Positions 36,691 to 47,045 of a DNA stretch of 64,000 bases are shown piece by piece; position 1 is the stretch's first letter; every line of letters begins with the position of its first letter. The stretch is from a virus: the IMG/VR virus record IMGVR_UViG_3300033149_006567, positions 1 to 64,000 of that record. One strand, given 5' to 3'. A program made the position numbers and the translations under genes. The notes below the pieces were generated by a model, which saw only the letters and a program-made list of their open reading frames with translations, was not told the origin of the DNA and searched no databases.

Positions 36691-38943
36691 ATGCCTTCTC
36701 GTCAGACTCAAAAATTTAAGGTTAGCTCGGTAAATTACTTGGCCGTCTCTGATGTATTTTTAAACATACAGAAACGGCACGAGGATATCGTCTATAAGAC
36801 TTTTACTGGAGATGAGGACGCCCTGATATCTTACCTTAACGCAGTCCGAATATCCGCAGATGACAATCTGTCTATTGTAGATAGGTCTGCAGAAAAGTTG
36901 GTGGAAAATCGCATAGAAAGTGCCTCCGAGTATTCAGTTGAAGAAAGTGCCCTGACGATAACAACTGAGACTGACGAGGTTTTGATTACTGACGAGTTTT
37001 TGACAGGGAATTCTCTTGAGGAGCCCGTACCCCTCTTCTATAAACACCAGATCCCTGAATCTCATTTCGACCCAGACAGCGGACATAAGATCGTATCCAT
37101 GAGACTCCTAGATGACTCTTTGGAAGAGGTTTCTGTAGCCGATTATTCTTTAGATTCTTCCACGGGAACTCTTTTTAATAATTTTGAGCACGAGTTCGAC
37201 GCAGGAGACAATTCCTACAGTCTCTATTATCTTCAATATACGGTTAAGGAATCGTCGGCAGTCGTCAAAAACTATACGGTGCTTTTAGATAATGAGCCAG
37301 TTTACGCTTTGGCCGAAGCCTCTGATTTGAATGAGTGGGGAGCTCTCATCAACGATGGCCGGAAGGTTTTTCTAAGAGAAGAGCTATTCGATGGGACCTA
37401 TCAATTTACATTTCCTTCGATTGCAGACTATGCTTTTCGAGAAGTTTTAACTAATCGCATAAAGGTTTTGCCTCCTGTCTTGGGGTCGAGAAGTGATCCT
37501 TGGTATATACGAGTCTCTAATGGCCTGTTTTATTCGACGGTAGACGGAATAACCTACAAGTATTATGTTCCTGAGATTACTGGCCAAACCTTTAATCCCT
37601 ATTATCCCTACAGGAAGGCCACTAAAGAGCCAGCCGCTATAGTTAATAAGAACTTGATCAAGCTCGGCTATGACAAGATATATGAAGACGGGTCTACTCT
37701 GCATTTAGATGTCTTTATATACGATGCAGATGATTATCTAAAGTATGCCTTTACTACTGACAGTTCCCTTCATGGGACTGCGGCGGGGAATGGGCGAACC
37801 GAGGTGGTTTTGTATTCCAACTTGGAAGCTGGGGGTGACTATGGTATCCGGAGCGTAGATCATTTGTATGGATTTGTTGATATACGAGGGATGGACTTGT
37901 CTTCTTCTTGTACGGCGAAGGCTACCTATTATTATGAATATTCGGATCTTCCCATTAATTCCGTGAATTTCAATTTCACTCAGAATCAAGACATCATTCA
38001 TTATGATATAGTTCTATTCCTCATCCCCGACACTTTAGTCTCGTCTTCAACTCAGACGGTATACCTGCTAAAGGTGGACGAGAATGGGCAGGTAGTCTAT
38101 TCTGATTGGACTTCTTTTGACAATACGGAGCGGTCCCTAGATGGCAAGCCCCTCTTTTATCGAGAGCCCCCAAGTTGGTGGACAGTTTTGCATGGAAGTG
38201 ACTATTCGAATTTCGAAGAAACATATACGGTAAATGGGAACGGATATTACTTGACTTTAGCTGAGATTCATCCTGTTCTGGCCTACAAGCTTGACGGGAT
38301 AGAAGATTCGGATATACGTCAGCAGGGCGGAGGGCTTCGGGGGGACTCTTCTTTGGTGAATACAGAGGAGGCTCAGAGCTGTTGGGATGTAATGAAGTGG
38401 GATGGCAGGCATTATCCGGGAGCAGGTTCTTTTCTCGTTGAAGTTCCTTCGAGTGTTTTGTCTGGGGCAGGTGGGAGTTTTTATTCAGATGAAGTTCGAG
38501 AAGTCATAAATAAGCATATAGGATACGGGCTTTATCCGGTTATTAGAGGCTATGGAGTTGACCCTCGGATCACTAGCGTAGAACCTGGTGATGGGTCGAT
38601 AACGGTGGTTTGGTCTCATGGAAATTCAGATGCCTATTATAAAATATATATAGCGAAAACTCTTCAGGGACCTTTTACGGCGGTCAATGATTCCAGTCCA
38701 GTTCAAGAGAACAGTACAGAAAATTCGTACACCATTACGGGACTGGAAAATGATATGATTTATTATATATTTGTAGTTGGAGGATTTATCTCGGGTAGTA
38801 CGTGGACCGAGAGTTCTGAGCAAATTATCGGGCCGGGGAATTTGACGGCCAAGACCGGAAGCACCTTAGAGTATGTTAAATGTAAGCCTGGGATCCCACG
38901 CGGCTCAAACTTTTTGAGTCAAAGATTTACGGTAATTTCCTGA
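36691..38943 (+). CDS. Virion structural protein with C-terminal fibronectin type III domain
   Basis: PRITSVEPGDGSITVVW...YKIY...YTITGLENDMIYYIFV FN3 signature; DIRQQGGGL motif. Confidence 0.65.
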   Translation: MPSRQTQKFKVSSVNYLAVSDVFLNIQKRHEDIVYKTFTGDEDALISYLNAVRISADDNLSIVDRSAEKLVENRIESASEYSVEESALTITTETDEVLITDEFLTGNSLEEPVPLFYKHQIPESHFDPDSGHKIVSMRLLDDSLEEVSVADYSLDSSTGTLFNNFEHEFDAGDNSYSLYYLQYTVKESSAVVKNYTVLLDNEPVYALAEASDLNEWGALINDGRKVFLREELFDGTYQFTFPSIADYAFREVLTNRIKVLPPVLGSRSDPWYIRVSNGLFYSTVDGITYKYYVPEITGQTFNPYYPYRKATKEPAAIVNKNLIKLGYDKIYEDGSTLHLDVFIYDADDYLKYAFTTDSSLHGTAAGNGRTEVVLYSNLEAGGDYGIRSVDHLYGFVDIRGMDLSSSCTAKATYYYEYSDLPINSVNFNFTQNQDIIHYDIVLFLIPDTLVSSSTQTVYLLKVDENGQVVYSDWTSFDNTERSLDGKPLFYREPPSWWTVLHGSDYSNFEETYTVNGNGYYLTLAEIHPVLAYKLDGIEDSDIRQQGGGLRGDSSLVNTEEAQSCWDVMKWDGRHYPGAGSFLVEVPSSVLSGAGGSFYSDEVREVINKHIGYGLYPVIRGYGVDPRITSVEPGDGSITVVWSHGNSDAYYKIYIAKTLQGPFTAVNDSSPVQENSTENSYTITGLENDMIYYIFVVGGFISGSTWTESSEQIIGPGNLTAKTGSTLEYVKCKPGIPRGSNFLSQRFTVIS

Positions 38944-38955
38944 TCGGAGTCGAGG

Positions 38956-39510
38956 ATGGCAGTAACAGTTTATTGGGCTAGTGATAATTCGGGCACTTTG
39001 TTAAATCAGGTCGTAGATCATGGATCTGTAGCAAAAGGGAATAATAGCGGGGCAACCGCTTTTTATCTATATCATAATGGCCAGAATGACATAACTAATT
39101 GCGGCTTTTACATACAGCCTCGGTCTGGGTTGTACGAGGGAGACTTTTCTGCTCTCACAGATTACCAAGAGCTTATCGATTGGGGGGACTCTACGAACGC
39201 TAATGGGTTTGGCGGCTATATGATAAATATGAATGCGACGGGAGCTTGGGCTAATGGTTGGGCGGCAGTCGGAGATAAATTTCCTGCGTACGGCTTTGTT
39301 TGTCGAAGTGGAGTGGCAGATTCTTTTGGTAATGCTCAGACTTTGATGTCAGAGATGGGGTGTTCGTCTTCTGGCGTGGTACAGAATAATTATCCGAATG
39401 GATATGGAATTAATGTCCGGTTTCAATGTAGAATAGCGGTTCCCTCCAATGAGACTTCGTTGGGTCAAAGGGAAATCGATCTTTGTCTTCGATATTCTTA
39501 TACGAGTTAA
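38956..39510 (+). CDS. Putative virion structural beta-sandwich protein
   Basis: Asn/Gly-rich, beta-type composition within the structural cluster. Confidence 0.45.
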   Translation: MAVTVYWASDNSGTLLNQVVDHGSVAKGNNSGATAFYLYHNGQNDITNCGFYIQPRSGLYEGDFSALTDYQELIDWGDSTNANGFGGYMINMNATGAWANGWAAVGDKFPAYGFVCRSGVADSFGNAQTLMSEMGCSSSGVVQNNYPNGYGINVRFQCRIAVPSNETSLGQREIDLCLRYSYTS

Positions 39511-39959
39511 TGATGCGCGTGAATGGTTGGATTAAAAGATTCGTGGATGGTTCCTGGGAAGAGGGGAAAGACAAGGAAGTATTAGCCGGAAGAGCTAGCT
39601 GGTCTAGGGGTCGCCTAGAGGGCATGCTGAGGGCAGAGGTTCATCACGGAAGATATTTTCTGGGAATTTGTGGTCCTGGAGAATATTGGCAGTCAGATGA
39701 TTTTTCTGTAAATCTTTCTTCAGGAGAGACGCAGTTAGAGACGAGGAGGCTGCAGAGGAAGATAGTGCTTCCCGACACTAACATGGTAGTGCAGAGAAAA
39801 GAAAGCGAGTTGCTTGTGTTTGTGTATACGGGTTCTCCTCCGTACATGCCAGGAGAGTTTCTTTGTGTGAGCCCAGAGATGTTGGGAAAATGGCTGACGC
39901 TTGAATTAAACTTGAAGGACGACTCTCTCCAGATGAACATTTTGCCGGAGCGGATATAG
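39510..39959 (+). CDS. Hypothetical protein
   Basis: Start revised to ATG 39510, which overlaps the previous TAA; fills the gap between flanking genes. Confidence 0.5.
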   Translation: MMRVNGWIKRFVDGSWEEGKDKEVLAGRASWSRGRLEGMLRAEVHHGRYFLGICGPGEYWQSDDFSVNLSSGETQLETRRLQRKIVLPDTNMVVQRKESELLVFVYTGSPPYMPGEFLCVSPEMLGKWLTLELNLKDDSLQMNILPERI

Positions 39960-41950
39960 TGGCACAATATTTAAATAAGTTCAAAAGTTCTATAAGCAAG
40001 AATCAGTTCGAAAAGCTCACCAGACTCCTAGATGCCCAGAAGAGGCGCGGGCAGTTTTCTACCATTGATGAATTCCGGAAACATCTTGATTCTGTGATGA
40101 AGGAGTTGTTTGCAAAGAGGATAACTCCCTTACTCGAGGTTTTTCTTGCTATTCCTGGAGAAGTTGCCGATGTAGAAACTTACAATTTTATGCTTGAAAG
40201 AATTCAGGATGATTTGGAGGTTGCCTTTAAGGAGATAGCTAATATAGAGGAAGTTCTTCGGGGTCATCGAGCTGTTGTTCAGGATGTACTTCTTAAGGGC
40301 CTGAAGCATGCTGCGGCGGATCTAGAAAATAAAATATCTACTTATGAGTTGATGGTTACTTCTGGTCATGGATTTAATTCAGCTTTGGCTAGCAATTTTG
40401 ACGGAGCGATTAGCCCTAGGCTTAAGCGGGCTGAGGATGTGGGGGGATATTTTAAAGATCCTCGCACTGGCAAGGCCATATCTGCTGACTATGACATATA
40501 TTTGGACCAAATGGGAAAGTTTTTGACTCTCCCCGTACAGTCCTCTAGCTACGTCAATATAGTCGGAGTGCGTCAGATATTTGACTCAGATGCCACAGCT
40601 ACGGAAAAGAATGTAGAACCAGAGGATTCTTCTGTTTCCAATTTGATAGACGGGGAAAATGGAACTTATTGGATGGTTTTATCCCTGTTCGAGGACAACA
40701 AGAATGACAAGTTTCCTGCGGAAGTTAAGACCAGAATTGAACTCGATCTTGGGGGGGCCAAAGAAGTAAATTTCTTGGAGATAGAACCGGCGCTTTTGAA
40801 TGACGTGACACTTGACTCTATGTCTTATATAAGGAAGGATGGGTCGGTGGAGACTGTTGCAGGCGTATCGGAAACAATTGGCCGCCATAGGGTCAAGATC
40901 CTTTTTAGAAAAATCGGAGCTAAAAAAATAATTTTGACTTTTTCCAACGAGACCTCTCATGCTTTGGCTTATGAAGTTCCAGATACCGAAGTCACCCTAG
41001 AAGAGCTCCTTACTGAGCCCGTAAATGAAAAGATTAGCCAGATGCAGGTCTCTCTGACCGAGAGTTTTAGCGGAAGGCAGTTCCAGATTGGATTTGACAA
41101 TATTCGAGTCGGATTGGCCAAGTACTTGGATAAGGGCGTCTTCATTAATAAGGCCCTGGAACTAAAAAGTAAGCCTGCGAGAAGTTTCGGTTTGCAAGTT
41201 GAAGAGGAGCGTCCGGCGAATTCTACTGCCCTCCCTTCTGGCATTAGTTTTACCGAGGACACTTACGATGATGGTGACACAAAATTTATGTACGGAAGCG
41301 TAGAATATTGGCTTATTCGAAATTCCTACGACAGCAATGAGCGATTTATCGCATCTGATTTTTTACCTATCCTACCTTTGGAAGTTAGTCGAGTCAATCA
41401 TGAACGATTGATACTGACGCATAAGTACGGGGCCACTTCAGTTGTTAATGATTCGGGAACAACGATGTTTTATACTGATGCGACAAATGGGAACATAAAG
41501 GTCTATCGGAATGGAGAATTAACTCCGTTGACTCAATTGACTCCTGGAGATACTGCAGACGGATGGGTGGAAGAAAGCAATCTCGTTAACACTTCTTCCG
41601 GGAATGGGACTCCCATGTCTTATGGCATCCGGATTACTCAGCCAAAAGCCGGAGATATTTTTACCGTTAGTTATGACCCAATAGTTTCTAATGTCCTAAC
41701 TATTTCGACGGCTAGCGGTGCAACTCAACAAAATCTAGTGGATTTACTAGGAGATTTGTCGGCCAGAAGTTACACGGACCAGATTCTTTTATCTTCCGAC
41801 CACAAGGGGGCTTTTGAAATAGAATCTTCAAAAGTATATCTAATGACTATTTTGCGACGAAACACTTCGGATGAATTTTTGTCTCCTCTGGTAAAAGAGC
41901 ATCTTTTAGGAGTCAGCACTAAAAATCCGAGCAAGTTCCAGGGATTTTAA
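39959..41950 (+). CDS. Virion protein: N-terminal coiled coil plus discoidin/F5-8-type C-like domain
   Basis: Heptad-rich N-terminus; NLIDGENGTYW...IELDLGGAKEVNFLEI signature. Confidence 0.55.
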   Translation: MAQYLNKFKSSISKNQFEKLTRLLDAQKRRGQFSTIDEFRKHLDSVMKELFAKRITPLLEVFLAIPGEVADVETYNFMLERIQDDLEVAFKEIANIEEVLRGHRAVVQDVLLKGLKHAAADLENKISTYELMVTSGHGFNSALASNFDGAISPRLKRAEDVGGYFKDPRTGKAISADYDIYLDQMGKFLTLPVQSSSYVNIVGVRQIFDSDATATEKNVEPEDSSVSNLIDGENGTYWMVLSLFEDNKNDKFPAEVKTRIELDLGGAKEVNFLEIEPALLNDVTLDSMSYIRKDGSVETVAGVSETIGRHRVKILFRKIGAKKIILTFSNETSHALAYEVPDTEVTLEELLTEPVNEKISQMQVSLTESFSGRQFQIGFDNIRVGLAKYLDKGVFINKALELKSKPARSFGLQVEEERPANSTALPSGISFTEDTYDDGDTKFMYGSVEYWLIRNSYDSNERFIASDFLPILPLEVSRVNHERLILTHKYGATSVVNDSGTTMFYTDATNGNIKVYRNGELTPLTQLTPGDTADGWVEESNLVNTSSGNGTPMSYGIRITQPKAGDIFTVSYDPIVSNVLTISTASGATQQNLVDLLGDLSARSYTDQILLSSDHKGAFEIESSKVYLMTILRRNTSDEFLSPLVKEHLLGVSTKNPSKFQGF

Positions 41951-44821
41951 ATGGCGAATAAATACCGCAGGCACAGATACGCGAAGCTCCTAGAGGCCAA
42001 GCTGAAAAAGCTTTCAGAGACTTTGGGGGCGAGTTTGAGTTCTCCCAACTTTTATACTAAGGAGCAGTATATAGCAGAATCAGTTAGGGTGCTGACCACC
42101 TTTTACAAAGACCTCGATGGGCCGATAACCAGTGAAGAAGACTATCCTCTCGCCGCTAGTTTGCCAGACGCCGATCAATTTAATGCCATGCTTCAGAATA
42201 TCAAAAATAACCTGGATATTACCTTTGCCGAATTTGAGAATCTAGAAGATTTAATATTGGCAAATTTTAATTTTGCAGTAACTGGGCATAATCGCTTAAA
42301 TGCTCGCCTTAAGAAGGTTTATTCTCTGGCGGGAGATTACGCAGTCTATGCGAATTATGACGATGATATAATTGTTGTCAAAGACAGTTTTAGTAATACC
42401 GACAAGCTCGAGATTGGTAGTTCTTTATTGAATTCTGACGAATGCTACGTTAATGAAGGGGAGGGCATTGTTTGTTTGCCCATAGATACGAGTAAAGAAA
42501 GTACCATATTGGTCCACAATAGCCCTCGTATTGATCCGTCTTCTAATGGCGTGGCGGGGAATAATTATCAGCTTGGAGCTGACTGGAATGGAGACGTTAG
42601 GGCGATTATAGACGATAATGCAGATACTTGGTTTGAGTATGAGCGTACATGTCGACTTTCGAAGGATCCCGGAGATCCTTTGATGCTGGACTTAACTATT
42701 GTTTTAACTGAACCCAAAATAGCGAATTACATCCGCGTAAATCCGAACAATTTTGGAACGAGAACTTCTGTATTTATAGAAAAGATAGAGACCTCTCTCG
42801 ATGGAGACAGTTACCTTAGCATTAAAGATGATATTCCCGTAGCTGGCTATCTGCAAGAGGACGAGGAGAATATATTTACTTTGGCTCCATCAACTTCTAA
42901 GTACAAGGGACAGGGGCTTTACACTTTTACTCCCAGGAAAATAAAGTATATACATTTTGTGTTTTCTCAGCCTGACCCTTATGTGATTGAAACGGCTAAT
43001 GGGCAGCGTCTTAGATACGCGATTGGCATCAAGGACATAGAATTAAAGGCTTTAACTTTCTTGAATGCGGGGGAAATCGTTGGGGTTAATCAAAATGTTG
43101 GTCGAGAGATAGAGAAGGTCGGATTACAGGCAAGTCAAGATCCTATTCTTCCTTCTTCTATCGCCTCTGTAGAGCATTTTGTTTCGACCGACAACGGGGC
43201 TTCTTGGAATCAAATTCAGCCTCAAGCTGAATTAGGGGTGTCTGGGCAAGTTTCTGAAATTCCAGAAATATTAAACTTTAATAATGCAGATGTAAATAGT
43301 ATAGTTACCCCTTATATTCCAACGACTATTCGATGGAAGGCCGTTCTAAAAAGGAATGATGGGGCTTTCAAGGAGGGAGGAGCAGCTCTTTCCGAAAAGA
43401 TAGCGGTTGCTTCGGAAATACATGGCGTAGCGAATACCACCCCTCACACCATTACCCTGGAAAATGTACCACTAGAGAATACCATTCAGGTTATAGATCC
43501 TATGTATGGTTGTCGAGGTGATGCCCGAAATACGTATGTTATTCGCTCTGGAGAGGAGCAGGGTCTTTATCCTCTCCCCGATTGGGGTGACATAAACTCT
43601 AAGCGTCCCTGGAAGAAGGAGTCTATTGGCGATGGGATGTATGGGACCGTGAAATCTGATGATTCAGATTGGATAAATGTTCACGTCGGAGGGAAGGCCT
43701 GGGACTGTGTAACAGACGATATATCCACATATGGTTCTACCGACAAGGTTTATCAGATAGATTGGAACGACGACATACTTCATTTCGGGGACGGCACCAA
43801 CGGAGATTTACCTCCAGCTAATTCTAAGATAACGATGTTTTTTGAGCCCGAGAGATTGATGCCTGTAGGGGGGGAGAATTCCATTGTGCCCCTTGTTTTC
43901 CCGACTGGCTCAGATAAGAAACAGATAGTAATCGAGAGATACGGAGCCCGGAAAAGTGGCGCCAGCAGTATTCCTCGGGGAGAAACTGTGTTGAATTTGC
44001 AGCATGACCATATAGACTCTCTCATAACTGATGCCCTGCCTGTCCTTTCAACCGACGAGCAGACTTTCATAAATGGGCGAGACGAACTTTCCAGTTCGGG
44101 CGATTGGTCCCTAGATGCCGAACGAGGAATAATCTATCTTTATGAGCCGTCCGATACTTTTACGGAGGTTGAGTATTATTATTATCCCGTTTATACCTTG
44201 TCTGAGAGTGATTGGGAGTGGACGAGTAATACGGCCTTGAATGATAGTATTAAAATTAAGCCTAGCGGATGGCAAACCAATTCTGCCACCTTTACTATAG
44301 CTGCTATGCCGTCTCCTATTTCTGATGGATTTTCATATTGTTTGCACCTTCCCAATTTGAGCATAATAAGGAAAACCTTGCAAATAAGTGCGACAGTTTC
44401 TGGCGACGACCCTTTTGTTGAAGAAGTCCCTTATGTTGATGGTCGAGTTGAATTGAAAGAGATACCTTCGGATACGGGACTTTATTCTGTTGACTATGAG
44501 GGGGGGCGGATATTTGTCCAAAGAGCCTTGTCTAACATAACGGCGATTACTGTTCAATACGAATATGCCGACTATAGGATGCAATATCCCATAGCTCGAC
44601 TTATTGATCCGTCTAGCTACAAGATTGACTATGACAATAAAAAAATTACGCTTGACAGTTCTGTGATATTGGGAGGATACAATATCCCTCGTGGAGAGCA
44701 TGGTGGCTATCTGGTTTCCTATTCTTATGTTTTGAAATCGAGGACAGATTTGCCCGCTCTTAAGAACTATTTTTCTCCTGTTTTAAAAGATTATGCCCTG
44801 AGAATTTTACCGAGAGAATAA
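41951..44821 (+). CDS. Virion protein: coiled coil, discoidin-like domain and baseplate beta-modules
   Basis: AIIDDNADTWFE...LTIVLTEPKIANYIRV; HFGDGTNGDLP; C-terminal SPVLKDYAL. Confidence 0.55.
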   Translation: MANKYRRHRYAKLLEAKLKKLSETLGASLSSPNFYTKEQYIAESVRVLTTFYKDLDGPITSEEDYPLAASLPDADQFNAMLQNIKNNLDITFAEFENLEDLILANFNFAVTGHNRLNARLKKVYSLAGDYAVYANYDDDIIVVKDSFSNTDKLEIGSSLLNSDECYVNEGEGIVCLPIDTSKESTILVHNSPRIDPSSNGVAGNNYQLGADWNGDVRAIIDDNADTWFEYERTCRLSKDPGDPLMLDLTIVLTEPKIANYIRVNPNNFGTRTSVFIEKIETSLDGDSYLSIKDDIPVAGYLQEDEENIFTLAPSTSKYKGQGLYTFTPRKIKYIHFVFSQPDPYVIETANGQRLRYAIGIKDIELKALTFLNAGEIVGVNQNVGREIEKVGLQASQDPILPSSIASVEHFVSTDNGASWNQIQPQAELGVSGQVSEIPEILNFNNADVNSIVTPYIPTTIRWKAVLKRNDGAFKEGGAALSEKIAVASEIHGVANTTPHTITLENVPLENTIQVIDPMYGCRGDARNTYVIRSGEEQGLYPLPDWGDINSKRPWKKESIGDGMYGTVKSDDSDWINVHVGGKAWDCVTDDISTYGSTDKVYQIDWNDDILHFGDGTNGDLPPANSKITMFFEPERLMPVGGENSIVPLVFPTGSDKKQIVIERYGARKSGASSIPRGETVLNLQHDHIDSLITDALPVLSTDEQTFINGRDELSSSGDWSLDAERGIIYLYEPSDTFTEVEYYYYPVYTLSESDWEWTSNTALNDSIKIKPSGWQTNSATFTIAAMPSPISDGFSYCLHLPNLSIIRKTLQISATVSGDDPFVEEVPYVDGRVELKEIPSDTGLYSVDYEGGRIFVQRALSNITAITVQYEYADYRMQYPIARLIDPSSYKIDYDNKKITLDSSVILGGYNIPRGEHGGYLVSYSYVLKSRTDLPALKNYFSPVLKDYALRILPRE

Positions 44822-44822
44822 G

Positions 44823-47036
44823 ATGGCCATAGACAGTACCTATAAAAAAATTCTTATTGATTCTTACTTGAAGGCTCTGCTTAAAAATGGCGTAGCTTTG
44901 ACTGCCCCCCAAGTGGAGGGGCTGATAGAGAATTTTGAGTCGGACAAAGATTTTACGAAGCCTCAGTTTGTCGCAGAAGACCATATGGTCGAAAAGGGAG
45001 AGGCATCTTCTGCCAGTAAGCAGAGGGCGACTCTTGATGCGATTTATGCCGATATGAGAGCGATTTTTTCTGAATTGCGAATTTTGACTACTACTGCCAT
45101 CAGGCAGTATGAACGGTGGGATTCTGAATACGATGCCATAGAAAAGACTCTGGTGAGTTTGGAAGATCGCATAGGGGATTTGACTCTTATAGCTCAGGAT
45201 ACCGAAGGGTATGTAAATTTTGTTTTAGATGATTTTAAAGATTTGTCAAGGATTGACCAAACCAATACTACTGTTACGGTTAATCCTGCGCTGAGGGTTG
45301 CGGGCCTTTTTCCTAAGACTAGGGATCACAAAGCTATATATTTCGATATAGACCCTAAAAAAGACATATCTTTTAGGGCTACGTCTAAGCTGGGAGCCAT
45401 AACTCAGAACAACTATGGCGGGGCCCTAGAAAACGCTTTTAGCGACCTAAATACTTATTGGCAAACGAAATTGTCTGCCAGCAAGCAAGGGGTAGTTACA
45501 GGAGAACTACTGGTCAAATTGGGTGATACCGCGACAAGTTTGTCGAAGATAGAGTTTGTAGCCCATAGCTCTAACTATTCTTCTCCTCTTGAAGTTACTC
45601 CTCTTTATTCTTTTGATGGATATAATTTTGAGCAGCTTCCTGGGAAAACGGTTTCCCTTTCGATTCGAGATAGCGGGACCTTTATTTTTCAGCCGGTAGA
45701 AGCCACCTATATTAAGTTTTTACTGACGAAGAGGTCGGCGGATTATCTTGAGGGAGGGAAATTTGTATATGAGTTCGGGGCAAAATTAATTCAATTTTTT
45801 AAAGAAACGTTTACCCTGACCCTAGAGGACGATGAAATAAGAAAATTAATTTCTAAGCCGTTGTCTATTACGGACGCGGAAGGAAGTTTAGTCGAATTTA
45901 GCAAGCTTAGGCTTGAAACTTGTGAGGTGATAAATGAGGGGACCAATATCCGATATTTTGTTACTGTTAGCAATGACTCTTCTGTGCCTATAGATGGTTC
46001 GCCAGAATGGGTTCCAGTAGATCCAGTTGGTAGAACAGAAAAAGAAAGCGGTTCTGTTATTGATGTTGGAGATTTGAGTTCGGTAGAAATAGGAGATGAT
46101 GAAACTGTCGTTGTCTCTTATGATGCCACAGGAAATGCCGCCCAGGGGCTCCAGAATCCCTCAGGTTCGTTTTATTTGGTTAGTTATGACTCAGGAACTA
46201 GCTCGTTCATAAATACGAGCAAGACGGCTCTTGTCAATCGATATATGTTGATCAATAGCAATGACCGCATCTTAAACTATCAGTTAAAAAGCCCCAAGGA
46301 TTCCTCGGTCGTAGAGAGCGACGACACTTATTTTTTGGTTGATATGAATGAATTTGAGATATTTCGAAACATAGGAGAGCGGGGAGTTTCAGATCTTGTT
46401 CGGGAGACGGAGAGGGGCTGGGGATTCGATGATCCTTATTATTTCTGTGTTGTTGAGATAGACAATAGTAGCGGGCTTCTAGTGGACACCGGCGATTTTG
46501 ATATTTGGGTTGACAATAGAATTAAAAGCGGCAAGGTTACTATTCCTTATGGTACGCACAGGATTAAGGTTTACAAAGATTACTGGTATGATGTGACTCC
46601 GGAACTGACTACTCTCTCAGCCTTAATTGCGGCGGATCCACTTTATCCTCACAATTTAAAGCTTTTGATAGAAGGATATGATTATGGAGCGGGCTTTAAT
46701 GAGAGCGAAAAAATATATCAGGGAGCAGATGTATTCGCCGAGTGTTTAATGAAAAAGGTTTCTGTTTTCGACTTCGCCAACAATATAGCCGAAGACGACT
46801 ACGAACATTATGCGATTGATTGGGACATTCCCGATAGTTATTCAAACGATTGTGGCAATATGCTATTCATGGTTAAAATAAACGAGGACATAGACGACAG
46901 TGACAATGAACAATTTCTTGTTCGTTTCAAGGCTGTCGACCAGAAGTTTAAATATCTTCGTTTGAGAGCGGATTTTGAAACTGAGGATGCCAATTTGACG
47001 CCGATGCTTACTTCTTATAAGATCAAGTTGGGTTAG
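44823..47036 (+). CDS. Virion protein: coiled coil plus discoidin-like domain
   Basis: NAFSDLNTYW...LLVKLG...SKIEF; C-terminal YLRLRADF...TPMLTSYKIK. Confidence 0.55.
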   Translation: MAIDSTYKKILIDSYLKALLKNGVALTAPQVEGLIENFESDKDFTKPQFVAEDHMVEKGEASSASKQRATLDAIYADMRAIFSELRILTTTAIRQYERWDSEYDAIEKTLVSLEDRIGDLTLIAQDTEGYVNFVLDDFKDLSRIDQTNTTVTVNPALRVAGLFPKTRDHKAIYFDIDPKKDISFRATSKLGAITQNNYGGALENAFSDLNTYWQTKLSASKQGVVTGELLVKLGDTATSLSKIEFVAHSSNYSSPLEVTPLYSFDGYNFEQLPGKTVSLSIRDSGTFIFQPVEATYIKFLLTKRSADYLEGGKFVYEFGAKLIQFFKETFTLTLEDDEIRKLISKPLSITDAEGSLVEFSKLRLETCEVINEGTNIRYFVTVSNDSSVPIDGSPEWVPVDPVGRTEKESGSVIDVGDLSSVEIGDDETVVVSYDATGNAAQGLQNPSGSFYLVSYDSGTSSFINTSKTALVNRYMLINSNDRILNYQLKSPKDSSVVESDDTYFLVDMNEFEIFRNIGERGVSDLVRETERGWGFDDPYYFCVVEIDNSSGLLVDTGDFDIWVDNRIKSGKVTIPYGTHRIKVYKDYWYDVTPELTTLSALIAADPLYPHNLKLLIEGYDYGAGFNESEKIYQGADVFAECLMKKVSVFDFANNIAEDDYEHYAIDWDIPDSYSNDCGNMLFMVKINEDIDDSDNEQFLVRFKAVDQKFKYLRLRADFETEDANLTPMLTSYKIKLG

Positions 47037-47045
47037 GAGGTTCCT

